Shown piece after piece: positions 1-12,423 of a stretch of 25,021 nt of DNA (position 1 is the stretch's first letter; each line of letters begins with the position of its first letter). The translations under genes were made by a program, and so were the position numbers. The notes beneath the pieces were generated by a model. That model saw only the letters and a program-made list of their open reading frames with translations, ran no database searches and was not told where the DNA came from. Source of the stretch: Octopus sinensis (lineage: Eukaryota); NCBI RefSeq assembly GCF_006345805.1, contig NW_021836190.1:1-25021 (forward strand), in the 5' to 3' direction.

Positions 1-220
1 GTCATCAGCACCCTACAATTTTTAAGAGACTCCTTATCCTTCCGGGTTCTGAAAGTAGCTTTCTTCAGCCTTGACATATTTTTTTCGGGGGTCCTGCCTT
101 CTGACTAAATATGATTACTGTTGTTATCTAGTTGTACTTCTTACTCTTAATCTTGTTGTTGTTGTTGTTCTTCTTCTTCCTCTTCTTCTTGTGTGTCTGT
201 AATTTATTGTTCTCATTAGT

Positions 221-410
221 AGAATCAGTAGAGCATCCGGAAAAATACTCTACTTCCGTTTAGCATTCTACGTTCAAACCCCACCTGGGCCAACATTTCC
301 TTTAATCCTCACGGGGTCGATAAAATTTTTGAAAAATCAAGAACAGAGGTTGATGGTATCGACTAAACCCCTGCCCTCAAAATTGCTCCCCTTTGTGCTT
401 GGGTCGATAA
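221..410 (+). mobile_element. Degenerate SINE family B copy
   Basis: Degraded match to the family B consensus seen elsewhere in the window (cgttcaaacccc B-box remnant, ggggtcgataaa, atcgactaaacccc, aaaattgct). Confidence 0.6.
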
Positions 411-506
411 AATAAATAACAGTCGAACGAGGATCGATGTAATTTAATTTACCCGCCTGTTGTAAAATTGCAGAAGTTGCCAGAATTAGGAAGAATTATT
501 ATGATT

Positions 507-683
507 AACACTGCCGAGGTTGACTTTGCCTTTCATCCTTCGGTGATCGACGAAATAAGTACCCGTTGAGTACTGGGGTGGATTTAATCGACTTATCCCC
601 TCTCCCATGATATTTCAGGTTTTCTGCCTATAATAGAAAGGATTATTATTATGATTATTATTATTATTATTATTATTATTATG
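507..683 (+). mobile_element. SINE family B 3' part with (ATT)n tail
   Basis: gccgaggttgactttgcctttcatcc...aagtacccgttgagtactgggg...atcgactt, then agaaaggattatt and (ATT)n. Confidence 0.8.
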
Positions 684-859
684 GAACAGGTGGTTTAGAT
701 GGCTAGGAGGCTTCTTATGGAGTGTATCCTGGTTAGAAGTGAAAATCAGGTGGAACGTGTATATCCGGGTTCGAATGGCAAGTGGAACGAGAGAAGAATC
801 GAAGGGAAGAGAAAGAGGAAACAAAACATCGTATAAGAAAGGAAGACGGTTTTCAAAGT

Positions 860-1320
860 TGTGTTGGTGGTGGTGTAAGTGGTGATGATGATGATGAGCA
901 GGAGGAGGAAGAAGAGGATTACGATGAGGATTATGATGAGGACGATGATGAGGATTAGGATGGTCATAATGATGTTGTGATTACGATGGTGGCGATGGCG
1001 GTAGTGGTTGTTATGATGATGATGCTGGTGGTTGCGGTGGTGGTGAAAGTGATGGTGGTGGTGGCGTTGATGGTGGTAGTTGTGGAGGTGGGATGCTGTT
1101 GGAGGTTGTGTTGGTGGTAGTAGTTAAGTTGACTGTTGTGATGCTGGTGTCAGTGGTGGGGATTGTAAGTGGTGGTGGTGGTGGTTGTAGTTGTGATTGT
1201 GGTGGTGGTGTTGTGGTGGTGGTGGTTGTGATTGTGGTGGTGGGTGGTGGTGGTGGTGGTGGTGGTGGTGGTGGTGGTTGAGCGTCTATTGGTAGTGCTG
1301 CTGCTGTTGCTGCTGAAGCT
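860..1320. repeat. Compound trinucleotide mosaic (GGT/GAT/GTT)n
   Basis: Directly visible imperfect triplet runs. Confidence 0.9.
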
Positions 1321-1533
1321 GTTTAACCCTGGGTTTCGGCAGACGTATGATCAAATGCGTTCCATCCGTAGCTATCCCGTTTGTTTGTATATCTAAACAC
1401 TACCAGTATCCAACGTGTATTTTACCTTTTCAAAGCAAAAAAAAAATCTGTAGCGTTTGAGGTGAGGTGGAGGGAGGGGACTTTAGTCGCTATTTCTAGC
1501 AGGGTCAAGCAACCACGTAGAAGTTCCGATGGC

Positions 1534-1800
1534 GGCGGTGGTGGAGATGGAGATGGTAGTGGTGGTGGTGGAGATGGAGATGGTAGTGGTGGTGGTGGAG
1601 ATGGAGATGGTAGTGGTGGTGGTGGAGATGGAGATGGTAGTGGTGGTGGTGGAGATGGAGATGGTAGTGGTGGTGGTGGAGATGGAGATGGTAGTGGTGG
1701 TGGTGGAGATGGAGATGGTAGTGGTGGTGGTGGAGATGGAGATGGTAGTGGTGGTGGTGGAGATGGAGATGGTAGTGGTGGTGGTGGAGATGCCGGTAGT
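1534..1800. repeat. 27-bp minisatellite, 9 perfect units plus 1 variant
   Basis: Unit ggtggtggtggagatggagatggtagt. It accounts for the GGGGDGDGS, EMEMVVVVV and SPSPPPPLP ORFs. Confidence 0.95.
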
Positions 1801-2199
1801 TTATGTTTGCGGGCTTTAGTGTGTGTGTGTATGAGTGTAGGCTTGTTTGTGAGTGTGGGAGAAGTGTGTGCGCGTGCGCGAGTGTAGATGTTTAAAGGGG
1901 TTGTACTAAATGTGTGAATAGGGGACAGTAATAAATGGAAAAGAGAAAAAAGACATCGATGAATAAAGATGAGAAGGGGAAGAAGGATGAGTAGGGGGCA
2001 GCGAGGGAGTAGGAGGTCAGTGGAAGAGGAAGAGTGAAAGGGAGAGAAAGGAGAAAGAGGGAGATGTTGTTTAGCCCCGTGACATCCCTCGTTGAATCGA
2101 TTTATAATCAGAGGCACTCCAACCGTGATCAGCCCGTCGATTTGCATAACTATGATTACAATGTCCAGTGTATACCGCTGTTGTTTTATGGTGGTAGGA

Positions 2200-2982
2200 G
2201 GTGGGAGGAGTCAATGAAAGTGGGAGGTAATAACGAGAGAAAGGAGAAAGAATGTGGGGGGGAATTACGAGAGGAGCTGAAAGTGTGTAGGGGGGTAAAG
2301 AAAGGAAAAGAGAGAGAAATTAAGGGTAAGAATGAAGAAGTCGGTGAGAAGGGAGAGAAAGAGAGAGAGAGTGAGAGCAAGTGAAAGAGAGAGGGACTCT
2401 AGCAGAGAGAGTCTAACAGAAAGGGCGAGAGCGAGAGAGTCTAGCAGAGAAAGGGAGAGTCTAGCAGAGAAAGGGAGAGTCTAGTAGAAAGAGATAGAGA
2501 GGAGAGTCTTGTTGAGAGAGAGAGAGAGAGAGAGAGAAACAACTTACAAAGTGAGAGAAAAGAGATGTAAGTAAAGGTGCTAGGGAGAGAGAGGGGGAGG
2601 AGAGAGGTATGGGCAAAGGCAGGGAGGATATGAAGACACACAGAGATAGTAGCAACGAAGAGAGGTCGAAAGAAGAGAGATGGTAAGAGGAGAAACTGAC
2701 AGAGTGGGGGGAGGAGGAAGGAAGGGGATGAGGAGGAAAGGGTAGAATAATAGAGAAGGAGGGGAGGAGGAGGAGAGTTAGATTGGAGACAGTGAAAGAC
2801 AGAGAGAGAGAGTATAATAGAAAGAAAGAGAGATATAGAGAAAGAGAAAGAGTTGGAGAGAAAGGCGGGAGAGAAGATTAAAATAAAACGACAACAGAGC
2901 GAAAGAAGGAAAGGAAAGTGTTAAAGATAGAATTTGAAAGAGAGAGAGAGAGAGAGAGAGGCAAAGATAGAGAGGCAAATAA

Positions 2983-3036
<54 letters not shown>

Positions 3037-3060
3037 TTGAGGAAATTGAAAGAGAGAGTG
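2200..3060. repeat. Polypurine/(GA)n tract including a short ~20-bp tandem unit (gagagtctagcagagaaagg) at about 2395-2490
   Basis: Almost pure A/G on the + strand with long (GA)n runs. Confidence 0.85.
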
Positions 3061-3078
3061 ATGGAGAGTGGTTCCTAC

Positions 3079-3381
3079 CTTTGGTGTGTCGGAATGGAAA
3101 AAGTATCAGTATGAACGTGTTGGTAAATAAAACCCGTTTGGCTGACTCTGTGCGCTCTCGTTGCTGGTGATGACAATGATGATGATGATGATGATGATGA
3201 AGATGACGACGACGATGACGACGACGACGATGGTGATGATGAGGATGGTGAGGAGGATGCTGTGCTTGTTGTTATTTTGTTGTTGTTGTTGTTGTTGCAG
3301 CTGTAGGAATAGTTGGCTGGCTGGTCGGGCTGTTCGGTGGTTGGTTGGATGTAGTTAGTTATGGTGGTTGCTAATCCTGTG

Positions 3382-3415
<34 letters not shown>

Positions 3416-3771
3416 TACTACTGCTACCACTACTGCTGCTACTACTACTGCTGCTGCCACTACTACTACTGCTGCTGCTGCTTTTACTACTGCTAGTACT
3501 ACAACTACTACTACTAACTCTGCTGATTCTCCCTGTTGTTGGTGGTGATGGTGATGGTGCTGATGACGACGATGATGCTGATGATGAGAGGGTGGCAGTG
3601 TGTGTGTGTGTCGGGGGGAGTGGGATTGCAAGTGATGCTGTTGTTGTTGTTGTTGTTGTTAGCCAAGGTCCGTACAAAGAAGGGAGAAAGGGGTTTTTGA
3701 TTCTTTCATTTGTTTTTCTGTCAGTTACGCAACACTGGAGCCTTTGCTGAGATGACGGTGACGATATCAGG
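3079..3771 (-). CDS. Candidate internal coding exon, Ser/Thr/Asn-rich low-complexity protein segment (693 nt, phase 2-2)
   Basis: Acceptor (ctgt)n-ctcccag| at 3772. Donor caaag|gtagga at 3078. Length is a multiple of 3 and only one frame is open. AGY-type and TCN-type triplet runs both read Ser in that frame. The ORF stop lies inside the donor motif. Confidence 0.6.
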
Positions 3772-3776
3772 CTGGG

Positions 3777-3807
<31 letters not shown>

Positions 3808-4077
3808 AACAGATAGACAGAAAGGTGAGAGGGGTAGAAAGTAAAATAGATACACACACATGCACACACACACACACATACACACAGTTATAGGTAGATA
3901 CAGAGAGAAGAGAGAGATAGAGAGACACAGATAGATAGACAGACGGACAGGCAGGCAGGCAGGCAGGCAGGCATCCAGGCTGACACACAGACAGACACCC
4001 AGTCTGACACCCAGGCAAGCAGGCAGACTGACAGACAGGTGAGAGGGCTAGGAAGAAAAATTGAAACTCATACACAC

Positions 4078-4148
<71 letters not shown>

Positions 4149-4381
4149 TATTTCTTTATTGCCCACAAGGGGCTAAACATAGAGGGGACAAACAAGAACA
4201 GACAAAGGAATTAAGTCGATTACACCGACCCCAGTGCGAAACTGGTACTTTATTTATCGACCCCGAAAGGATGAAGGCAAAGTCGACCTCGGCGGAATTT
4301 GAACTCAGAACGTAACGGCAGATGAAATACGGCTACGCATTTCGTCCGGCGTGCTAACGTTTCTGCCAGCTCACCGCCTTT

Positions 4382-4435
<54 letters not shown>

Positions 4436-4436
4436 T
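4078..4436. repeat. (GATA)n microsatellite split by a SINE insertion
   Basis: (GATA)n at about 4078-4147 and 4382-4436 flanking the SINE. Confidence 0.9.
4148..4381 (-). mobile_element. Full-length SINE family B (tRNA-derived)
   Basis: Reverse strand reads aaggcggtgagctggcagaaacgttagc...gttctgagttcaaattccgccgaggtcgac (A/B-box-like), ending gtttagccccttgtgggcaataaagaaata. Highly similar to 24460-24690. Confidence 0.9.
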
Positions 4437-4439
4437 TCG

Positions 4440-4440
4440 A

Positions 4441-4480
<40 letters not shown>

Positions 4481-5230
4481 GATATGGAGAGAGAGCAGGC
4501 GGAGGATATTAATAGGCAGAAAGAAAGGCACTAGGGCGCAAAGACATTTAGAAAGGGAGTCGGAGAAGAGACAAGAGAAAAGTGAGACGAGAGAGAGAGG
4601 GGAAGGGGGTAGAAAGGTAGAGTGGGAGAGTGAGGGGTGGGGAGAGAGAGTGAGGTGGTAGGAAGGCAGGTTGATGGAATGGTGTAAAAATAAAAAGGAA
4701 GAGAACGAAACGTTATGTTATGGGTGAAAGAGGAGAGAAGGCGGGTGTAAGGGAACTGAAACAGGATGAAGGAGAATGAGGGTGGAGGGTGGGGAGAGAT
4801 GGGGGTAGATCGGAATTTTGAAAAATGGTAAAGAAAGAGGGCGGAAAGGTGTGGAATTATAATGAGCGAATCAACAGGTAGATAGATAGAGAGAATGTTG
4901 GTAGTGAAAGGAATAGAGAGAGAGAGAGAGAGAGAGAGAGCAAAATGCAGGGTAGGAGGGATGAAGAGTAAGAGTAAGAGGAAGGGTAGGCGGGGGGGAA
5001 ATATGGAGGAAAGCAAAGGAAACGGGAAGAGATGGACGTAGAGAGGGAATGGTGTAGAGGGAGAAGAGGAGTAAAAGCGAGAGAGTAAAGAACCGTGAGG
5101 GAGTGTGGGGGTGGAGGGGGGTGAATCTGTGCCTGTGTGACTGAGAAAATGAGAAAGAAATATCGAGAAAAAGAGAGAGAATAGAGAGGACAGTGAGGGA
5201 AAGAAAGAGAGAGAGAGAGGGGGGAGAGGT
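4440..5230. repeat. Polypurine tract with (GA)n
   Basis: A/G-dominated composition. Confidence 0.8.
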
Positions 5231-5280
5231 GGAATGATAAAATTAAGTTTTAAACAACAAAAGAAAAATCATATATATAT

Positions 5281-5790
<510 letters not shown>

Positions 5791-6154
5791 ACTGATTGAT
5801 TTATCGATTGACTGATTGATTGATGGGTTGATTGGTTGAGAGTGTGAGGGCGATAGCCAAGATATAAATTAATACATCGCTGCTAATGGTTTCATGTTCT
5901 AAAAACCTATACAATCGTCGGACGCTATAAGACTAAAGTCACTTCACCGAGGTTTACCCATACAAAAACGAAATTGCCAGACGTGCGCATCTCTAATAGC
6001 TATACAATGTGTGTGTGTGTGTGTGTGTGTTTGGATATATATAGGTATACATCAAGTAGTATATTGGATATTTATTATCCCTTAGATGGTTGTCTAACCT
6101 CTAATTCATATATACGTAATTATATATATATATATATATATATGTATGAACGTA

Positions 6155-6316
6155 TGGAAGTGGGGTAAGAAGTTTGCTTCCCAACCACATACATAGTTCC
6201 GGATTCAGTCCCACAGCGTGGAACCTTGGAGTAAGTGTCTTCTACTATAGCTTCGGGTAAACAAAGCCCTGTGAGTGAATTTGGCAAAGAGAAACTGAAA
6301 GAAGCCTGTCATCTAT
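6155..6316 (+). mobile_element. SINE family A 5' half, diverged
   Basis: ccggattcagtcccacagcgtgg...gtgtcttctactatagc...aaactgaaagaagcc. Confidence 0.75.
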
Positions 6317-6319
6317 ACT

Positions 6320-6960
6320 GTTTGTCCACTCTGTCGCTGCTTGTTCATTCGAAGCTTTAACTCTCCACAAATTTTATATTTTTAAAATTTCTGGATGCTG
6401 CTGCCTTATGAAGTTTTCCTATCTTGGCGTTAAAAGCACGAAATAGGGAGTGGTAAAGCAGTCGACAACTGACGAGCGAGCTATCTTCTTTTCTTATTTT
6501 GTCCTGTACTTATTTTGATTGGATTAACGGTTACATTGTCACGAGGAGGTACTTGTTGACGCAAGGAATCTGACTGAATCTTTTATGCGTCATCTTGTAC
6601 TTCCTTGCGACAAGGTAACCTTTAAACTAATCATGATATCCTTGGCCTGAAGAGAAGCTGGCGGTATACACGTCACTTGGATTTTACCATTTCTGACGTT
6701 CCGCTCGCTATGAGACATAAGTTATGCGAGAAGGGATGCAATTAGTTGGCGATATCTGAAGTTTGGTGAAGGCGTTCATTAAATGTGTCAGCAAATCTCC
6801 GGTTAGTTCATCCATTGTAAATCGATCTACATAGTAATTTATACTGTAAATGTCAACTGTGGAAACGGGAGTAGATGCAGGGATAGAATCCGGGTTGGGT
6901 GCGTGTGGAGCGGGAAATAGTTCGAGGTGGGAAACTGGGGAGAGATTGGCAGGAGTCACA
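6320..6960 (-). pseudogene. Unidentified decayed coding-like sequence (possibly a retroelement ORF relic)
   Basis: An 85-codon open stretch, then protein-like segments in shifting frames (ERNVRNGKIQVTCIPPASLQAKDIMISLKVTL; KIQSDSLRQQVPPRDNVTVNPIKISTGQNKKRR). No splice signals or domain recognised. Confidence 0.3.
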
Positions 6961-7889
6961 TACTCATAGTCATCACAAAGGAATAAACGCAGCCACATTC
7001 AAGCTAGAATACACATTCACACATAAGAGAAGGGAAACACAAAATACAAACACACACACACACATTTACTATCATAAAACCATCACAATTCCGCAGCACA
7101 TACACACACATCTGCCTTTGGCAAATAAACATACACCAAGCACTCATCGACACTGGTCACACACTTAAAAGCTGATAGCACACACACACACATACTCACA
7201 CGTGCATACACACACACGCATACACACACACAGTAACACAGTTATGCTCACACCCACTCACAACAACCACATAACTACACACCAAACATACACACATGTA
7301 CGTCATTGTCTCATTTCGATAAATGCTAAAACACCCCCCACACACACACACACTGCAACACACAAACATACATGCCAATAATGAGATAAACATACATTAT
7401 GCATATGAAATAAATACACATGCAAAATACACACACTTCTGAAAGTTCACGGAAACACATTTCTACAGCAAACAGCTGGCGCATATACGTCCACAGCCTT
7501 CTCGTAAAGGAAAACCACATTTTCCTTTCTCACTTCCGCTTGATTTCCAATCGAAGCTATCTCCTCACATACGTGGACTGAAAGTGTCTATGTGTATTCC
7601 CTATCCTACTGTCTTTCTTTCTTCTTCTTTCAGTTTTTCTTTACGATGTCGGGAAATAAGTCCGAAGTGTCAAACATTTGTTCGTCCCATTCAGCGTCAA
7701 ACAAATACAGCTTCTCTATCGCATTACTTCTTTCCCGTGTCGTTATACACGTGAATATATATCGGTCTCCGCACTGACGTGGACAGATCCGCTCGGGTAT
7801 TATGTATGCGGAACGATTACCTCCAGGATTATCGTTTCGCATCATAATCGATCAAGGTCAACACACATACTCCCTCTCCGATACCTAAC

Positions 7890-8205
7890 CATGCACATGC
7901 GCGCGCGCACACACACTCACGCACACACTCTCACGCACACACACACACACAGGCATCCATCCATCCATCCGTACATGCATACATGCATACAGGTATGTAC
8001 ACATACATACATTAATACATGCATATATGCATACATGCATGTATACATACAAACATACATACATTGATTCCTACATACATACGTACATACATACATAAAT
8101 ACATAAATACATACATACATACAAACATACATACATACATAAATACACACATACATACATACATACATACATACATACATACATACATACATACATACAT
8201 ACATT
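7890..8205. repeat. (CA)n/(TACA)n microsatellite
   Basis: Directly visible. Confidence 0.95.
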
Positions 8206-8395
8206 CGCTTGATAAACGTTGAATATCGCTTGAACAAATAGGCTTTATATGCCTTAACCGCGGGATTTATTGATACAGCGAAGCGGGATGTATGCTTACC
8301 AAACATGCATCTGAAATTATTACTAATTTCTTCATAAACATGCCTTTACAGCACTTCACTTCTTTTACTACTAATAATAATATTAATTACCTGCG

Positions 8396-8610
8396 TAAGG
8401 CGGCAAGTTGTCAAAATGATTAGCACGTCAGGCAAAATGTTTAGCGGCATTTCGTACGTCCTTACGTTCTGATTTCAAATTCAGCCCAGGTCGACTTTGC
8501 AATTCAGCTTACGGGGGTCGATAAAATAAGTACCAGTTGAACACTGGGATTCATGTAATCAACTTCCACCCTCCCCCAAAATTGCTGGCCTTGTGCCAGA
8601 ATTTCAATTC
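8396..8610 (+). mobile_element. SINE family B, diverged
   Basis: aaggcggcaagttg...cgttctgatttcaaattc...gtcgataaaataagtaccagttgaacactggg...cccccaaaattgctggccttgtgcc. Confidence 0.85.
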
Positions 8611-8632
8611 AGTATTACATACAGGTAAGTAG

Positions 8633-8705
8633 CATTTGTTCGACTAAAGGCGGTGCTCCAGCATGGCCGCAGTCAAATGACTGAAAAAATAGAAAAAATA
8701 AAAGA
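8633..8705 (+). mobile_element. SINE family A 3' terminal fragment
   Basis: gttcgactaaaggcggtgctccagcatggccgcagtcaaatgactgaaa. Confidence 0.85.
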
Positions 8706-8709
8706 ATTT

Positions 8710-8715
8710 ATTATT

Positions 8716-8772
<57 letters not shown>

Positions 8773-8968
8773 TCTTTCTACTAAAGGCACATGACTTGAA
8801 ATTTTGCGGGAGGAGACTAGTCGATTACATCGACCCAAGTGTTTCGCGGGTGCTTAATTTATCGACCCCGAAAGGATAAATGGTAAAGTCGATCTTGGCG
8901 GTATTTGAACTGAGAACGTAAACACCGACGAAGTGCCGCAAAGCATTTTGCCTGGCGTGCCGACGACA
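8710..8968 (-). mobile_element. SINE family B with (ATT)n tail
   Basis: Reverse complement of the family B body at 8772-8968, with (AAT)n at 8710-8771. Confidence 0.8.
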
Positions 8969-10389
8969 ATCGTTATGAATCGCATATCAATACACAAACA
9001 CAAACATACACACATACGATGAAGAGTTATCGGTCTTGGGGTATTTATAAGACCATACAACATATTTTGCCCGTCAATATATTTGATTTTAAGATAATAT
9101 CAAAGAGAATTTGATTAATGGCTGTAGCTGTGTCTGTGTGTTCTTTGCTGAGATGAAATATTTCATAGACGAAAGAAATTCAACAAAACAGTTACCTTTT
9201 ATAAGCAGCTAATCATATGTCTGTATTTTATTTTATTTTTCTTCTTCGTCTCACTCGTTGATTATTTCTGTTGTTAGTTGTTTTTTTTAAATTCTACTTC
9301 TTTTATTTTTATCTATTTTTTTTTTCTAGTCTGACAGAAGATGTTAATTGTTGTTCGCTGAAATTTTTACACATTGGCGTTATTCTACACACGCAGTGGC
9401 AGATCTACCATAAAACTAATGAAGCTTAAGATTCAGGGCCCCTTATCCCGGAGGGGTCGTCTGAAGCAATTTTTTTTTTCATTCTGTCAATTTGTTTGTT
9501 TTTGTATTTCGCCATGCAGATTGCTGTTACCAGTCCCGGGGGACGTCAGGTCATACTCCGAGGCAGAGTCTAGCCACGTGTTGTTCACCTGATGCTTCTG
9601 CCGGTGTGGAGTAGCATCAAAAATAAAAGTACAAACGACTCGCAGATAATTCGCTTTACTTGAATTATTTTGGAAACTTCGGCCCTGCCCCTCCCACTGT
9701 CAAATATGTCGACTACTACTACATCAGTCTGGTAGAGATAAGAATTCTTATTTTCACACCATTATTTAATGACCAATCTAAGGGTCTGCTTCCTAATTTT
9801 GGACTAACAATCTGTTCAGTAACGTCATTTTTTCTACTTTAAAAATTGTTTGAATATCACCTTGTACAAAATGAACAAATCTTCATTTATGACTTTATAT
9901 TAAGTTGTGCATCCTTATCTTCATCGATCCCTGTCTCGCTGTGGCTAATGAAAATATTACCCCATTTTTTTTTTTTTTTTTCGCAAAGGTCTTAGGCCCC
10001 AAAGAGGAATAGCAATGTCTTCAATGAAGTACTTAAGCGGATACCAGAAATGCCAACTCGAGGAAAAGCAATCTGGCGAAATTTCTAAATGTCAAAAAGT
10101 ATCAAACTATTTTACAATGTCAAGTAAAAGTCTGTGATCACCTGCAACTGAAACAAGCCGCGCAAGCACCAGTGAAGTCAATGATATTGCACAAACCATG
10201 AATGCTCTGTCTAGCAATAATCAACCCAACCTACTGTTGATACTTATGATGCAGATGATGATCGCGATGGTCAAGAAATTCGAGAAAAGAGAAAGCAGAA
10301 ACAGGAAGCAGGAAGCAAATTTAGGGATTTCAAAGAATACCGTGACCCGTCAAACTGACCGTAACATAATGATTTCATCCAAAACTGTT

Positions 10390-11616
10390 TAATGCAAGAC
10401 ATCAGTTTTTTTTGGTTTTTTTTTTCCTTTTTTCAAAATAAAAAACCAGATAATGTATATACTGAGTCCAACAAAATTTACAAACAGCAAAGTCGAAGTT
10501 TCTCAACCAAGTACTTTGAAAAAAAGATTGGAAATGGTAAAACTGTGATGAGATTCTGGCTGGTTTACTCAAAGAGCAAACTCTTTTCTAAATGCCAAAT
10601 ATTACTTAGAACGGGTGGGTTTTCTGATTGGATGAATATCCTCAGAACTCTAGAAAATCATGAAAACAGCATGGAACATAACAGGGCGATGTTGAGCTGG
10701 CTAACATGGGAGTCAAATAAAAACCCTGTGGATGAACAACTTGAGGAACAGGTGAGAAAAACATGCAGTACTATTTTGAAGTACTAAAAAATAGTTGTAG
10801 CAGTTATAAAGTTTTTTAGTGAAAGAGGTTTAGCATTTAGAGGTCTTGAGGAAAAGTGGGGCTCCCCAAAAACAATGGAAATTTCATGGGGTTTTTGAGT
10901 TTACTGCGGAGTTTGACCCATTTTTACATAAACATTTAGAGAAATGTAAAAATGAAAAAGTAAATATTACTTACCTGTCCAAATCTGTGTGTGAAGAATT
11001 GATGGAAACCAAAAGAAAATATGTGAAACCTAGACATCAAATACTACTCAGTTATTGTTGATTCTACACCTAACATAACCACATGTTGACCAGCTGGTAA
11101 TTGTGGTTCGATACTGTTATTATGGAAAACCCTGTGAGAGATTTTTATCATTTTTGCCAATAGAAAAACATTCATCCACGACCTTGTTCAACAAAATAAC
11201 ACAATTTCTGGGGGAGCATGACCTTTCACTTGAAAATGTACATGGTCAGTCGTACGATAATGCTTCCAACATGAAAGGCTAGGAGAAAAGGCTGCAAACA
11301 CTTCTTAAAAATATTAACAGGTATGCAGATGTACCATGTGCAAACAATTCACTCAGCCTTGTTTGGTAAAAGGCAGTGTCTACTGTACCTGAAGTTGTTG
11401 ACTATTTTGGCATCTTGCAGCAGCTATATGTTTTATTTTCTGAATCTCCTCGAAGATGGGTGATTCTGAACATACAGGGCAATCGAGCCTTTTCTCTAAA
11501 GAGCTTAAGTGTAACTAGATGGTCTGATTACTAGGAAGCAGTCCGGGATTTTTTAATGGATATAGGGATATTTTACAAACTCTCAAACATATGTTTGAAG
11601 ACTCAGAATAGAAGCC
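10390..11616 (+). pseudogene. Decayed hAT-superfamily transposase (ZMYM1/PRKRIR-like, TTF zinc finger plus DUF4371 region), 3'-truncated
   Basis: Across frameshifts and stops: RFWLVYSKSK, GGFSDWMN..LENHENSMEH, AVIKFFSERGLAFRG, KYYSVIVDSTP (first catalytic D), DQLVIVVRY, GQSYDNASNMKG (second D), CANNSLSL (CxxH with H lost), LKSLSVTRWS. Confidence 0.9.
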
Positions 11617-11825
11617 GTGTTATCAAGCGATGTTGGGGGGACAAACACAGACACACATACATATATACAACGGGCTTCTTTCAGTTTCCGTCTACCAAAT
11701 CCACTCACAAGGCTTTGGTCGGCCCGAGGCTATAGTAGAAGACACTTGCCCAAGGTGCCACGCAGTGGGACTGAACCCGGAACCATGTGGTTGGTAAGCA
11801 AGCTGTTTACCACACAGCCACTCCT
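11617..11825 (-). mobile_element. SINE family A 5' half, young copy, abutting the hAT break point
   Basis: Near-identical reverse complement of 5281-5515. Confidence 0.9.
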
Positions 11826-12379
11826 ACACCTATTATTGTTTTATTGTTACTATGGAAATAATTAAACGTCGTAATGGTTTGGTTGTCTTAAACATCAATT
11901 TTATATCAGCAATAACAACAACAATCATATCACCGACCTTTTTTTTTTCCATATATTTTTTAGAATGATTAAACTGAGAAGGAAATTTGCGAAATTCTTA
12001 GATCGCTGAAAGAATGAAGACAAATAACAGGATATCAATTGATATTGATTTCACAAGTGTTCGATAATCTAACGTTCGATAATGTAATGTTTAGTTGTTC
12101 TATGAAGATATTTATCTCAGTGTCTTCAGACATGGCGATTCGCACGGACTTAGGAAACATGTTTTAATGTTTTATCATGAGGAGAAAGCGTGGTGGGAAC
12201 GAAGGATTTGGAATAGACAGACCTTTGGTAGGACTGACCACTCTATGGGGCCGAAAGAATAATAATCATAATTTTGAAACAAAATTCTTGGTAGAAACAG
12301 AATCTTTGAAATTGCACCTAAATGATCATCAGAACGTCAAGAAAACGATGATGTGTGTATGTTTGTGTGTGCGCATTAC

Positions 12380-12423
<44 letters not shown>

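Noticed and set aside
3361-3750. Plus-strand poly-Leu/Val ORF resembling a signal peptide or transmembrane protein
   Set aside because: It is the antisense reading of the Ser-rich exon and has no supporting splice signals on +.
8297-8310. 11-nt minus-strand micro-exon (ttcag|atgcatgtttg|gtaagc)
   Set aside because: Poor pyrimidine tract, and its phase does not fit the gene model.
9433-9690. cagggcc...ggccctg as hAT TIRs
   Set aside because: Only 7 bp match and there is no 8-bp target duplication.
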